64,000 nucleotides of DNA from positions 32,001 through 96,000 of IMG/VR virus record IMGVR_UViG_3300028048_000081; one strand, written 5' to 3'. The notes under the pieces are model-generated. The model did no database searches and had not been told where the DNA came from. It saw only the letters and a program-made list of their open reading frames with translations. Every line of letters begins with the position of its first letter. Position 1 is the stretch's first letter. Below are positions 9,778 to 19,578 of this stretch, piece by piece. The position numbers were made by a program, and so were the translations under genes. Source of the stretch: a virus. Its lineage: Duplodnaviria; Caudoviricetes.

Positions 9778-10314
9778 ATGAGTAAGCGATTAATAGAATC
9801 AGATGTAAAACTGATGAGATTGAGATACGATGAAGCATTAGAAATGCAGGGAATTGAAGCAAAATATCAATATCCTAACATTTCTGATCCTAATGGTCTA
9901 GGGGAAACTATTATTGATAGCTATTCTGATATGGTTGATACTTATGTATTTTTTGATGGTTCTCCGAAGATAAAAACGCTCAAGAGATTTGGCTGGGTAG
10001 TAGATAATGATTCAGATTTACCATTTTTGATACATTGTAGTTTTCAGTTACCACATCTACAAAAGGATTGTTTGTTTAGATTATCTGGGCATTATAGTGA
10101 AGTTCCAGATAGAACATTTAAGGTTACAGAAATATCATATGATCCGGAAGCACCAGATCATTTAGTTTGTCAAATAGTTCCAGTATACGATGATAAACCT
10201 ACAGGGAGAACAAGGAAAGAAGAACAGAAAACATTTAATACATCTCATCATTTCTTATCTGATAATACAGATTATCGTGGAGATTATCATAAAACAAAGG
10301 AGGATGTCGAATGA
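9778..10314 (+). CDS. putative head closure/neck protein (gp14-like)
   Basis: YDEALEMQGI..KYQYP, LKRFGW, FKVTEI pattern; position between portal and sheath. Confidence 0.5.
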   Translation: MSKRLIESDVKLMRLRYDEALEMQGIEAKYQYPNISDPNGLGETIIDSYSDMVDTYVFFDGSPKIKTLKRFGWVVDNDSDLPFLIHCSFQLPHLQKDCLFRLSGHYSEVPDRTFKVTEISYDPEAPDHLVCQIVPVYDDKPTGRTRKEEQKTFNTSHHFLSDNTDYRGDYHKTKEDVE

Positions 10315-10898
10315 TATATCTTTATGATAGGGCAATATGCGAAGATCTTAATAAATCTTTTAACAATAAAAAGAGTGTAGTTCAAGTTATAGATCCAGAA
10401 GGTGCAATAAATATACTTGCGCAGATCCAAAATGACGAAATACATTATCCTGCTGTTTGCCTTAAGCGACTAGATAATCAAATAGATAATGGCAGACTTA
10501 ATTTTTCTAGAGCACAAAAAGGCTTTGGTGCAGTATTTGATGAGAAAGATAATATATATTATCTTGAAAAATCAATTCCAATTGATTTATCCTATGAACT
10601 TCATATATATACTACAAATACAGTAGATATGGATGAACTCATCCGCGAATTGATATTCAAATACACTAACATGTATTTTCTTACTATTAAATTACCTTAT
10701 GAAAGTAAGAGAAAAATAAGGTTTGGTGTTAGTGTAGATACTGATGCAGGAATTTCTCACACGTCCGGAACATTTGACTATCTTAGTGCAGGAAAATTAT
10801 ATGAATCTATACTAACATTAAAGTGTGATGGATGTATAATGTTAACATATGATGGTTCTAAATTACAGAGGACAGAACACAAGGTTATTCCTGAATAA
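10311..10898 (+). CDS. putative tail terminator/sheath stabiliser (gp15-like)
   Basis: YPAVCLKR, IPIDLSYELHIYT..MDELIRELIF; upstream of sheath. Confidence 0.6.
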   Translation: MIYLYDRAICEDLNKSFNNKKSVVQVIDPEGAINILAQIQNDEIHYPAVCLKRLDNQIDNGRLNFSRAQKGFGAVFDEKDNIYYLEKSIPIDLSYELHIYTTNTVDMDELIRELIFKYTNMYFLTIKLPYESKRKIRFGVSVDTDAGISHTSGTFDYLSAGKLYESILTLKCDGCIMLTYDGSKLQRTEHKVIPE

Positions 10899-10909
10899 TA
10901 TGTAATTTG

Positions 10910-10920
10910 AACCTTATATA
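10910..10920 (+). promoter_or_regulatory. putative late promoter
   Basis: AACCTTATATA upstream of the sheath operon. Confidence 0.7.
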
Positions 10921-10940
10921 ACTATGAAAAGGAGGTAAGC

Positions 10941-11312
10941 ATGATAAAATATAAAAACTTATCCTCTTCCATAAAAACGTTTTATGGAATAAAATTTAGA
11001 CCTGGAGAAGTTCATTCAGTTCCGGGTCCAATCAACCATAAGAAGTTTATTCGGATTCCAGTATCTCAGGAACTTCCTAAGAACGTAAAAGCAAGCAGTA
11101 AGAACTATTCTTGGAAACCTTCGGAAAAGAAATCACAGGATAAAGTAACTGCTGAATCAATGAAAGAGACGAAGAAAGAATCAGAAGATAAGGAAACTCA
11201 TCATAAGAGGCCATATCATAGAAGAAAGACTGAATCGGATTCGTCTAACACGGATAAATCTTCAATTCAGAAACCAGTAGAAACTAAAGAAGAAGAAGGA
11301 GGAAAAGAATAA
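10941..11312 (+). CDS. small basic pre-sheath protein with low-complexity tail
   Basis: AGGAGG RBS; contains NVKASS. Confidence 0.7.
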   Translation: MIKYKNLSSSIKTFYGIKFRPGEVHSVPGPINHKKFIRIPVSQELPKNVKASSKNYSWKPSEKKSQDKVTAESMKETKKESEDKETHHKRPYHRRKTESDSSNTDKSSIQKPVETKEEEGGKE

Positions 11313-13729
11313 TGGCGCAAATAGTTATAAATGAAGTAAGCCAAAATTATTCATATAATATTGGTAATAACTCATTTGCTACTGTTGCTCTCCCTATTAC
11401 AGCATGCTGGGGTCCAGGATACTTTGAGCCGGATACTAATGAAGGCGAAGAGGTAGATCGTGAAGAAATGTTGGAATACACTGCTTGGCAAAGATTTCCA
11501 GCAAATCAAACAGGACTTGAGTCATTTGTTTCAACATATAGGGGTCCAGCAACAAATTACAGACTTACTCAGGATTATTCGTACCAGATGGCAATGACAC
11601 TTATGACTGCGGGGTATGATGTTCTTACATGCAGATTATCCCCAGGAATAAAATCGGAAGGTCTTTTGATGACAAAAGATAAATCCGGTTCTGTTCATGT
11701 TAAGGCTAAGTATCCTGGAACATTTGGTAATAATCTCCGGGTAGAGATTAAAAAGTTTTCTTATAAGAAACGTCAGAATGGTCAATATGTAAATGGGTAC
11801 TATTGGAATCTCATTACATCGATAATTGATGATTCTGGAATTAAAACATCTTTAGAGAATAAGACTTTTGTATTCCAGATTGAAAATGCTTCAGATACTA
11901 TTGTACATTGGAGTGAAATTGATTCTAATTTCATTGATCTTGAAGTAGACGGTACTATATTAGATGCAGAAACAACTGAATTTGATTTTGTAGATAACGA
12001 AGGTAAACAGATACCGGAAGATAAACGTCTTAGTGCAATTCCTTATACAGACCTTATTGGAGGAACTGATAAGGCTGCTAATCCTGAGATAGATGCTGAA
12101 GTTCAAGCTGCATTTGATGCTGCAGAAGAAGCATTTGAGCCTTATAAATCTCTGTTTGATGATAATCCAGAGAATCATGAATTGGAAATTGCATATGCAA
12201 ATGCTGCTGAAGAATATAATACTGCTAAGACAGCTTACAAAACTGCAACAGGACTTGATTTTGATGAAACTACTACTGTTGAAGCTGCGGAAGCAGATGC
12301 AGAAAGTAAGAAGGATGCACATGATGCTGCAATAGAAGTTCCAGAAGATGAAAGAACAGATGAACAGAAAGCTGCAATAAAAGCATATGAAGATGCACTT
12401 CTTAATGTATCTGCTGCTCAAGCATATAAGGATAAAGTAGATGCTAAAGCTGAATTAGATGCTGCAGTAGAAGGGCCTGCAGCAGATGCTCTTGCAGCAT
12501 ATGAAGATGCAAAGATTGCATTAGAAAGTTCTGTATTTGATCAGCTCATGGAACAAGCAATTGATCTTGCGGAGTCTAGATATGAATATGATGGATCCGA
12601 TTATTCTGGATACAGATATCTTTCATGTCTTGCAGATTTTGCAGGGGGCGGATCGAATGATGTTGTTAAAGCAAGTAATATCAGGTATCTTGAATGGCTG
12701 TATACAAACGCAGTAGGATATAAAACTTCAACAGGACAGGTAGAAGGTGTTTATGATCTTCTGAAAGATAAACTTACTTACAATCCTAATAGAATTGCAA
12801 GTCCGGGTTGGGATGATCAGAACATCAGATACATAACAGATGAAGATGATTTATATGATGATCTCAGATTGTCACCTCTTTCGTTGAAGATTTTAGATGT
12901 TGCATATTACAGTAGATGTGCAACAGGAATGATTGATATTCCAAGGAGTCTTAAGAGATCCAAAGTTTACAACGATGATATTGATCCGGATAAAGAAGGA
13001 TATGTTCAGAAGTTAGCAAGATACATACCTGATGATACTGCAGGAGATGTAAATGGGTCGCTTTATCAGTCTCATTCAGCTATATTTGGCCCTTGGGGCA
13101 AATATACATATGTAGGGACAAGTAAACAAGCAATCGCTTCTCCGTCATTCCTTGCACTTATGATTCAAAGAGCACAGATTTTGAATCAGGCAAATCAATT
13201 TGAGTGGGCACTTCCGACAAACAGAAAGCATAATCTCAGAATTGGAAAGATGGATTACAATGTTCCAAAGAAACTTTTGGATACATGGCAAACTCTTGAA
13301 GGAGTAGGTGTAAACGTAATTACAACTATTCCGGATCTTGGAACTAACATCTGGGGTAATTCAACATTGTTCGAAGTACCTCCTGCAACATATCAAGCAC
13401 TTGCGAATCTGTCAACAAGATATCTTGTAAATGCGATAGAAGATGTCATTTACAGAGTAGGAATTGGAATAACATTCAGTTATAATAATGACCAAGCATA
13501 CAATAAATTCTATGCAGGATGTACTCCAATCTTAGATACGATGAAGAATGTCGGAGCAATCGATGATTACTACGTAAAGATGTCGGCAGATATAAACGGA
13601 CTTGATCATGTAAATGCTAATTCCGTAATCGGAAAAGTTTATCTTGTGGTCAATGGAGTTATAAACGATATCACCTGTGATCTTGTTGCACTTCCGCCGG
13701 GGGTAGATCTTAACCAGTTTAGAGGATAA
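11312..13729 (+). CDS. contractile tail sheath protein with large Ala/Glu-rich helical insertion
   Basis: AKYPGTFGNNLRVEI; C-terminal GVNVI..IWGNSTL..LSTRYL..GAIDDYYV. Confidence 0.9.
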   Translation: MAQIVINEVSQNYSYNIGNNSFATVALPITACWGPGYFEPDTNEGEEVDREEMLEYTAWQRFPANQTGLESFVSTYRGPATNYRLTQDYSYQMAMTLMTAGYDVLTCRLSPGIKSEGLLMTKDKSGSVHVKAKYPGTFGNNLRVEIKKFSYKKRQNGQYVNGYYWNLITSIIDDSGIKTSLENKTFVFQIENASDTIVHWSEIDSNFIDLEVDGTILDAETTEFDFVDNEGKQIPEDKRLSAIPYTDLIGGTDKAANPEIDAEVQAAFDAAEEAFEPYKSLFDDNPENHELEIAYANAAEEYNTAKTAYKTATGLDFDETTTVEAAEADAESKKDAHDAAIEVPEDERTDEQKAAIKAYEDALLNVSAAQAYKDKVDAKAELDAAVEGPAADALAAYEDAKIALESSVFDQLMEQAIDLAESRYEYDGSDYSGYRYLSCLADFAGGGSNDVVKASNIRYLEWLYTNAVGYKTSTGQVEGVYDLLKDKLTYNPNRIASPGWDDQNIRYITDEDDLYDDLRLSPLSLKILDVAYYSRCATGMIDIPRSLKRSKVYNDDIDPDKEGYVQKLARYIPDDTAGDVNGSLYQSHSAIFGPWGKYTYVGTSKQAIASPSFLALMIQRAQILNQANQFEWALPTNRKHNLRIGKMDYNVPKKLLDTWQTLEGVGVNVITTIPDLGTNIWGNSTLFEVPPATYQALANLSTRYLVNAIEDVIYRVGIGITFSYNNDQAYNKFYAGCTPILDTMKNVGAIDDYYVKMSADINGLDHVNANSVIGKVYLVVNGVINDITCDLVALPPGVDLNQFRG

Positions 13730-13754
13730 AATACACTTCTAATAAGGTCGTTAT

Positions 13755-13788
13755 AAATATAGTAGGTGAGGATTCACCTACTATATTT
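13755..13788 (+). terminator. rho-independent terminator
   Basis: AAATATAGTAGGTGA-GGAT-TCACCTACTATATTT followed by a T-rich tract. Confidence 0.8.
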
Positions 13789-13810
13789 TATTATTATATC
13801 ATATTGTTTG

Positions 13811-13821
13811 AACCTTGTATA
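13811..13821 (+). promoter_or_regulatory. putative late promoter
   Basis: AACCTTGTATA. Confidence 0.7.
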
Positions 13822-13856
13822 TTTGTAGATGATACTGTATAAAATGAGGATAGGAT

Positions 13857-16800
13857 ATGAATGATAAAACCCCAGTTAAATTTGTAGATATTACAGAAAC
13901 TCAATATTTAGCACTTACTACAAAAGATCCCGGAACAGTATATTTTGTACATGGGTCTAGTGGTAACAGACTTTATGTGGGAAATTCTGAATGGTGTTAT
14001 AACGTAGTTGATTATGATGATCTAACCGATAAGCCCTCTATAAATGGAGTTACACTATCTGGCAGTAAAACTTCTGATGATCTTAAATTGCAAGATAAGA
14101 TGGTAGTACTTTCATATGGTCATTCTACTTGGGCAGAATTTGATTTAGATTATCATGAAAATGCAGTTGTCTATTGTCGAGCTTCATCTAACTCAGATCC
14201 TGCTACAGGGTCTCAAACAAGACTTGCTTTTATGGCATATGTTAACAGCGGAGATAATCCTACTGAAGTAGAATTTCAATACTATAGATCAGTAGCTACA
14301 CACAGCGCAACTCAGCAAGGAGATCAAGTATATGTCTATAAACTTAATAAAACAAATGGTTGGAGTGTAACAGTTAGAGAAGCATGTATAAAGATTGCTG
14401 CAGGTGGAGATATAACTCAATCTTTTGCAAATAATACGCTTACACTTTCTGCTACTGCTCAAAGTTTAGGGGCAGTATCTACATCAGATGTAGGAGTAGC
14501 CGACGGAGTTGCTGAATTAGATAGTAACGGAAAAGTTCCTACCTCCCAACTTCCTTCTTATGTAGATGATGTTTTGGAATATAACAGTCTTTCTGATTTT
14601 CCATCTGAAGGAGAGACCGGAAAGATTTATATTGCTCTAGATACAAATATAACATATAGATGGAGTGGAAGTGCTTATGTAGAGATTTCTCCATCTCTTG
14701 CTTTAGGAGAAACAAGTTCTACTGCATACAGAGGAGATAGGGGTGCTGCTGCATATGCACATTCTGTTACAAATAAAGGAAGTGCATTCAGTAGTGGTAT
14801 GTATAAAATTACTACTAATTCTGAAGGGCATGTGACCGCAGCAACATCTGTTGCAAAAAGTGATATAACAGGATTGGGAATACAGGAGGAATTAACTTCT
14901 GGAACTAATATTAAAACAATAAACAATCAAAGTATATTAGGATCTGGAAATCTGTCCATAAGTGGTGGAGTATCAGATGTAACTGTAGATGGAACATCAG
15001 TTGTTTCTGGTGGAGTAGCGGCAATTGATTTAAGTGATTATGTTGCAGAAGACTCTAATGGTGATATAACTATAACACGCGATGTTATTGCTAGTAGAGA
15101 TGTTCAAGCAGACGGCTCGATTTCAAGTAATACAGGAATAAGCACAGCAGGAACTATATTATCCGAAGGAGGAATAACAGATTCTGATGGTACAAATACA
15201 GTAGATATTAGCAGTGGAGGAATTATCACAACAGGAGATGTAAGTGTAGGAGGAGATCTTACAGCCGGTGGAGACGTTGAAGACGGAAGTGGAAATATTC
15301 TCTCTGATAAAGCAGACCTTGCAGATATTCCAGGAGAAGCCACTTCTTCTACCACAGGAACAATTAAATTAAATCCGAATGAATCAATTGATTTAAATGC
15401 TAGTGGGCAGTTAACAGTAGGCGGCCGCCTTGGACAATTCACAAACGGAGGTCTTTATTATCCTACTTCTTCAGATCCTACTAACGTCGGGAACTATTCT
15501 TTACTTATTAGTGAAGGTAAAGGATTATCTACTGCGCATAGGGCCTTCATTGTTGCGGGTGGTACTAATGTAACATTAAAGACAACTGCTGCTGCTGGAG
15601 CAACACAGTATGTTGTTTCTAATACTTCAAATAATAGGTTTGCTTGTTCTTCATTTCGTGGAGGACGTCTTGCTGTTAGTGAAGCTGAAGCAAAGAATAA
15701 AACTGTTGAAATATTGTCTGTTCAATTTCAAAATGGAGGGGATGTAATTCCCTACTCTGGGGGAACAGACTCTAGTAATAATATAATCATAACTGTAGAT
15801 GAGTCCCTTAATCCCAGTGGAACACTGTCATCTGTAAGAGGATATGGTACTTGGACTGCATCAGATACCATAAGTTCTGGACAAGGAAATAGATCAACTG
15901 GTGGTAAAACATTACAAGTAGGGCAATCATTAACAAATGACGGCGGTAATCAAGTGTTAATGGTTGGTAATAGACTTTATAATACGAGTAATTCATCTAC
16001 ATTATTCGGATATGACCATATAAATAAAGTTCAACAAGCTTTTATGTCTGGTCAAGGACACGATTCTACTAATGGTGTAAAAGGTGTTACTGCATTTGGT
16101 ACTTGGAGTGTAATTGATTCAAGTACTATGTTTGTAATCGGAGACGGTTCAAGTTCGAGTGCGAGACATAATGTATTTGAAATAGATACAAATGGAGATA
16201 CTAAGGTTACACACGACCTAACAGTAGGAGAACATATAACTGCGACAGGGAACATTACTGATGGAAGTGGAAATGTCCTTGCAAATAAATTAGATGCTGG
16301 AGACGTCCCAGATGCATTAACATACTATGGAGTTTGTACTCAATCTGGAACCGGAAGGACTGTTGTTTTAGACCAAACGGGATATGAAACTTTTACACTT
16401 ACAAGAGGTGTACTTTTAAGCGTTAAATTTAGTTATGCTATTACAAGTTCTACCACTATATCTGTAGATAGTGAAAAGAGTCCTGACAGTGTAAGAATAA
16501 ATTACATGGGTAGCGCTCTTTCTCAATCAGGAATAATAACAGCTGGAGATATCGCTCTACTCCAATATGATGGCACATATTGGGAAGTTATTACAGTAAA
16601 TAGAAGAAATGTTTTAAAGGTTGGATCTAGTGGTGATATATTACAAAATAGGGGTCTATATGTAGGGACTCAAGAATTCAGTTCAGATAATATATCTATT
16701 ACACAAACAGGAACAGATTCTGCTCACACAATTGATGTTTCAAAAACAGGTTGTACACCTATTTCAATTTCTGGATTTAAAATTGAAAATGCAACATCTA

Positions 16801-16937
16801 GTGGGTCTGGTGGAGGACTTTGTTCAATGAACCAGATGTATATAAGTGGAAATACATTGAATTTCAGACTATTAAATAGAGGTACAAGCGCAGTTAAAGT
16901 AAAAGTAACATTTGACGTATTATATGTTTATAATTAA
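13857..16937 (+). CDS. mosaic tail/head fibre or receptor-binding protein
   Basis: N-terminal YLALTTKDPGTVYFV anchor, GVAELDSNGKVPTSQLP and TNIKTINNQSILGSGN fibre modules, Gly/Ser/Thr-rich beta repeats. Confidence 0.75.
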   Translation: MNDKTPVKFVDITETQYLALTTKDPGTVYFVHGSSGNRLYVGNSEWCYNVVDYDDLTDKPSINGVTLSGSKTSDDLKLQDKMVVLSYGHSTWAEFDLDYHENAVVYCRASSNSDPATGSQTRLAFMAYVNSGDNPTEVEFQYYRSVATHSATQQGDQVYVYKLNKTNGWSVTVREACIKIAAGGDITQSFANNTLTLSATAQSLGAVSTSDVGVADGVAELDSNGKVPTSQLPSYVDDVLEYNSLSDFPSEGETGKIYIALDTNITYRWSGSAYVEISPSLALGETSSTAYRGDRGAAAYAHSVTNKGSAFSSGMYKITTNSEGHVTAATSVAKSDITGLGIQEELTSGTNIKTINNQSILGSGNLSISGGVSDVTVDGTSVVSGGVAAIDLSDYVAEDSNGDITITRDVIASRDVQADGSISSNTGISTAGTILSEGGITDSDGTNTVDISSGGIITTGDVSVGGDLTAGGDVEDGSGNILSDKADLADIPGEATSSTTGTIKLNPNESIDLNASGQLTVGGRLGQFTNGGLYYPTSSDPTNVGNYSLLISEGKGLSTAHRAFIVAGGTNVTLKTTAAAGATQYVVSNTSNNRFACSSFRGGRLAVSEAEAKNKTVEILSVQFQNGGDVIPYSGGTDSSNNIIITVDESLNPSGTLSSVRGYGTWTASDTISSGQGNRSTGGKTLQVGQSLTNDGGNQVLMVGNRLYNTSNSSTLFGYDHINKVQQAFMSGQGHDSTNGVKGVTAFGTWSVIDSSTMFVIGDGSSSSARHNVFEIDTNGDTKVTHDLTVGEHITATGNITDGSGNVLANKLDAGDVPDALTYYGVCTQSGTGRTVVLDQTGYETFTLTRGVLLSVKFSYAITSSTTISVDSEKSPDSVRINYMGSALSQSGIITAGDIALLQYDGTYWEVITVNRRNVLKVGSSGDILQNRGLYVGTQEFSSDNISITQTGTDSAHTIDVSKTGCTPISISGFKIENATSSGSGGGLCSMNQMYISGNTLNFRLLNRGTSAVKVKVTFDVLYVYN

Positions 16938-16945
16938 GGAGGTAA

Positions 16946-17134
16946 ATGATGTATAAGAATGATAAAGATTTGGTAGCGGATGAGTGTATTCGTGTAGCAG
17001 ATGATTTGTCTGAGTTATTAGATAAACTCTCAAAGCTTCCTGATGTGTATGATTATCTTGCAGAAGAAGAGATGAATGAATTAGGGGACGCTCATGACAT
17101 ATTATTTGATTTAAATTATTATTTAAAAAATTGA
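16946..17134 (+). CDS. small acidic protein (paralog of 17962..18132)
   Basis: AGGAGG RBS; shared LL..L...P...DY....EM..L.D..DIL pattern. Confidence 0.7.
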   Translation: MMYKNDKDLVADECIRVADDLSELLDKLSKLPDVYDYLAEEEMNELGDAHDILFDLNYYLKN

Positions 17135-17141
17135 TTTTCTA

Positions 17142-17170
17142 TTGACATCTGATAAAATATATTATATAAT
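17142..17170 (+). promoter_or_regulatory. consensus host sigmaA/sigma70 promoter
   Basis: TTGACA (17142-17147), 17-nt spacer, TATAAT (17165-17170), AT-rich upstream. Confidence 0.9.
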
Positions 17171-17216
17171 ATTATTGTAATCAATTATCAAAGGTTCGAT
17201 AGAACAGGAGGATATC

Positions 17217-17624
17217 ATGAGTACAGACAGAATAGTTACACCAAGGAATTATTTAGAAGAATGTGAAGATGCCCGGATAGGTATAAATTCTGCTATAAGA
17301 AGGACATTCAAAGATCTTCCAGGAACACTTAAAGTAATATCTGCTCAACTTGAAGATATGAAAAAGATGGTTGATATTGCCCATGGTGGTGAACTTCTTG
17401 AGAATTATGACATTGAGGATTGGGAGAATTATTCTTGGGCAGATGATCTTACACAGAGCGAAAGATCGAGTGTAAATGAAGCTTTCAATAATCTTTGCTA
17501 CGCAAATGATAACTTCAATGACTATCTTGACCAGGTATCTTCAATATGCAAGGATCTAGAAAACATACTAGAAAATGCACATTATTATGTTTCAGATCTT
17601 GAAGATGGAGTATTTGATAATTAA
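17217..17624 (+). CDS. acidic helical hypothetical protein, probably early-expressed
   Basis: AGGAGG RBS directly behind the sigmaA promoter; no N-terminal tag. Confidence 0.75.
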   Translation: MSTDRIVTPRNYLEECEDARIGINSAIRRTFKDLPGTLKVISAQLEDMKKMVDIAHGGELLENYDIEDWENYSWADDLTQSERSSVNEAFNNLCYANDNFNDYLDQVSSICKDLENILENAHYYVSDLEDGVFDN

Positions 17625-17633
17625 GGAGTTGAA

Positions 17634-17945
17634 ATGAAAAGAGTAATAAAATCTTCATACTATTATGATGATGAAGAATACGATAGAGTAGATAGAATGG
17701 GGGATCCTAAGGAGATTGCTATTGCTGCGATTGCATACAATTATGGCATATCTAGAGAAGAAGCAATGAAGGAATACGAAGATATAGATGAAGAGAAATT
17801 AAGATCCTTCATTTCATATTATTTTCTTAGAGATATACCTGTAACTCCAGGAGGGAAAAATAATCATAAAAGTTTCAATAAAGAAGATTTTCAATCTTCT
17901 TCTGATGAGGCAGCACAGGATGTATGTGATGAATTATTTGGGTAA
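17634..17945 (+). CDS. tagged putative capsid-internal protein (MKRVIKSS)
   Basis: Shared N-terminal tag; acidic body. Confidence 0.65.
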   Translation: MKRVIKSSYYYDDEEYDRVDRMGDPKEIAIAAIAYNYGISREEAMKEYEDIDEEKLRSFISYYFLRDIPVTPGGKNNHKSFNKEDFQSSSDEAAQDVCDELFG

Positions 17946-17961
17946 TATTTAGGAGGATATT

Positions 17962-18132
17962 ATGGGAGATAAGGTTGAAGATGTAGCTTTAACATTAGGA
18001 GATCTTTTGACAGAAATGCAAGATGATCCTTCAATTTCTGATTATATTTCAAAAGATGAAATGGATAGATTGTGGGATTCTTATGATATTCTTATGGATG
18101 CATCTAAAATGATGGATCAGGATGAAGAATAG
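17962..18132 (+). CDS. small acidic protein, 56 aa (MGDKVEDVALTLG...DQDEE), paralog of 16946
   Basis: Manual translation; AGGAGG RBS; below the ORF-track cutoff. Confidence 0.75.
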   Translation: MGDKVEDVALTLGDLLTEMQDDPSISDYISKDEMDRLWDSYDILMDASKMMDQDEE

Positions 18133-18146
18133 AGAAGGAGTACATT

Positions 18147-18563
18147 ATGAAAATAATAAAAGCAAGTAGAACTTTTGATAAATGGTACGATCTATTGTCC
18201 AAAGAAGATCAGACCTGGGTAGATGATCTTGCAGATAGTGAAGGACTTCCGTATTATGATGATTGTTCTGAATCAGATTTAAATTTTCTGATGAGTGCAT
18301 ATCAAAATCATTTTGACAAGTTTGGTGCGGAAGAAGATCCGGATTATCTTAGAATCAAAAAGATATCAGATTTTCTAGATAAAGAATATCCTGATTCTGT
18401 AGAACCTGGAACAGATGGATATTTCCTCAAATGGGGAGATGAGACTGCTGTTCAGGAATATGGATATGATGAAGCACAAAGAATATGCGACGATATACTT
18501 GAGGAAACGGGTATAAATGTAAATATATCTGGAAACGGTGAATTTGTTGTAGCATATTATTGA
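18147..18563 (+). CDS. tagged putative capsid-internal protein (MKIIKAS); C-terminal domain paralogous to 23631
   Basis: Tag; PG..GY..KWG..T.V..YG..TGI motif. Confidence 0.65.
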   Translation: MKIIKASRTFDKWYDLLSKEDQTWVDDLADSEGLPYYDDCSESDLNFLMSAYQNHFDKFGAEEDPDYLRIKKISDFLDKEYPDSVEPGTDGYFLKWGDETAVQEYGYDEAQRICDDILEETGINVNISGNGEFVVAYY

Positions 18564-18585
18564 TAAGTTAGAAAGGTGATATATT

Positions 18586-19563
18586 ATGAAAGTTTATATT
18601 CATGCAGCAGAAGATGCTGATAAAAAAAAGTTAGCGAGAACAAGCGAAGATCCAAAAGTTCTTGCAAAATTGTCTGATGATGAGGGTATGGAAGTAAGAC
18701 TTGGAGTTGCAAATAACAAAAATACTCCGCCAGAAATTCTTGCAAAATTAGCCGATGATGAGAATCAGTATGTGAGACATGAAGTTGCAGATAATAAAAA
18801 CACTCCGGTAGAAGTTCTTGCAAGATTAGCTGATGATGAGGATCGGAGTGTGAGATGGTATGTTGCACAGAATCCAAGCACTCCAGCAGAAGCTCTTGCA
18901 AAATTAGCTGATGACGAGGATCCTGATGTGAGAACGATACTTGCATTAAATTCAAACACTCCTCCAGAAGCTCTTACAAGATTAGCTGATGATGAGTATT
19001 TTAAGGTGAGAGAATATGTTGCAGATAATTCAAACACTTCTCCAGAAGTTCTTACAAAATTAGCTGATGACGAGGATCCTGATGTGAGATGGTATGTTGC
19101 AAAAAATAAAAACACTCCAGCAGAAGCTCTTGCAAAATTAGCTGATGATAAGAATAAGAGTGTGAGACGAGAAGTTGCATATAATGAAAACACTCCGGCA
19201 GAAATCAAAGAGAAGTTAACACAAAAATCAAATAGAATAAACTGGAAATCAATTGTTAATCAAATTAAATCTGAAGGCGAAGACGGAAGAGATTCTCTTT
19301 ATGAGCAAACAAACGCCGGAATGTATATTGAAGGTTTACAAAATCAAGTAGAAGATAAATTAGGAGTATGGTTAGAACCCTCAATTGAAGGAGGAATGGG
19401 TGGAATCTGGATCTACTCAAACAAGGATGACTCAACGCTTGCAGAAAATATAGATTATGAAGGATTCAATGAAGATGTTCTTGATGCAGCTTGCAACTCC
19501 AAGAACAAAACAGAATTCTTAAAATGGTATAAATCTTATCTTGAAAGCTTGATCGGAGAGTAG
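18586..19563 (+). CDS. tagged HEAT/LRV-type repeat protein (MKVYIHAA)
   Basis: About 8 copies of a 24-aa repeat LAKLADDE..VR..VA.N.NTP.E. Confidence 0.8.
   Translation: MKVYIHAAEDADKKKLARTSEDPKVLAKLSDDEGMEVRLGVANNKNTPPEILAKLADDENQYVRHEVADNKNTPVEVLARLADDEDRSVRWYVAQNPSTPAEALAKLADDEDPDVRTILALNSNTPPEALTRLADDEYFKVREYVADNSNTSPEVLTKLADDEDPDVRWYVAKNKNTPAEALAKLADDKNKSVRREVAYNENTPAEIKEKLTQKSNRINWKSIVNQIKSEGEDGRDSLYEQTNAGMYIEGLQNQVEDKLGVWLEPSIEGGMGGIWIYSNKDDSTLAENIDYEGFNEDVLDAACNSKNKTEFLKWYKSYLESLIGE
18640..19200 (+). repeat. 72-bp coding tandem repeat (about 8 copies)
   Basis: Recurring cttgcaaaattagctgatga...gtgaga...gttgca...aacactcc units. Confidence 0.85.
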
Positions 19564-19578
19564 AAATAGGAGAAACAT

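Noticed and set aside
18640-19200. CRISPR-like array
   Set aside because: The repeats are 72-bp in-frame coding units without unique spacers; no cas genes are present.
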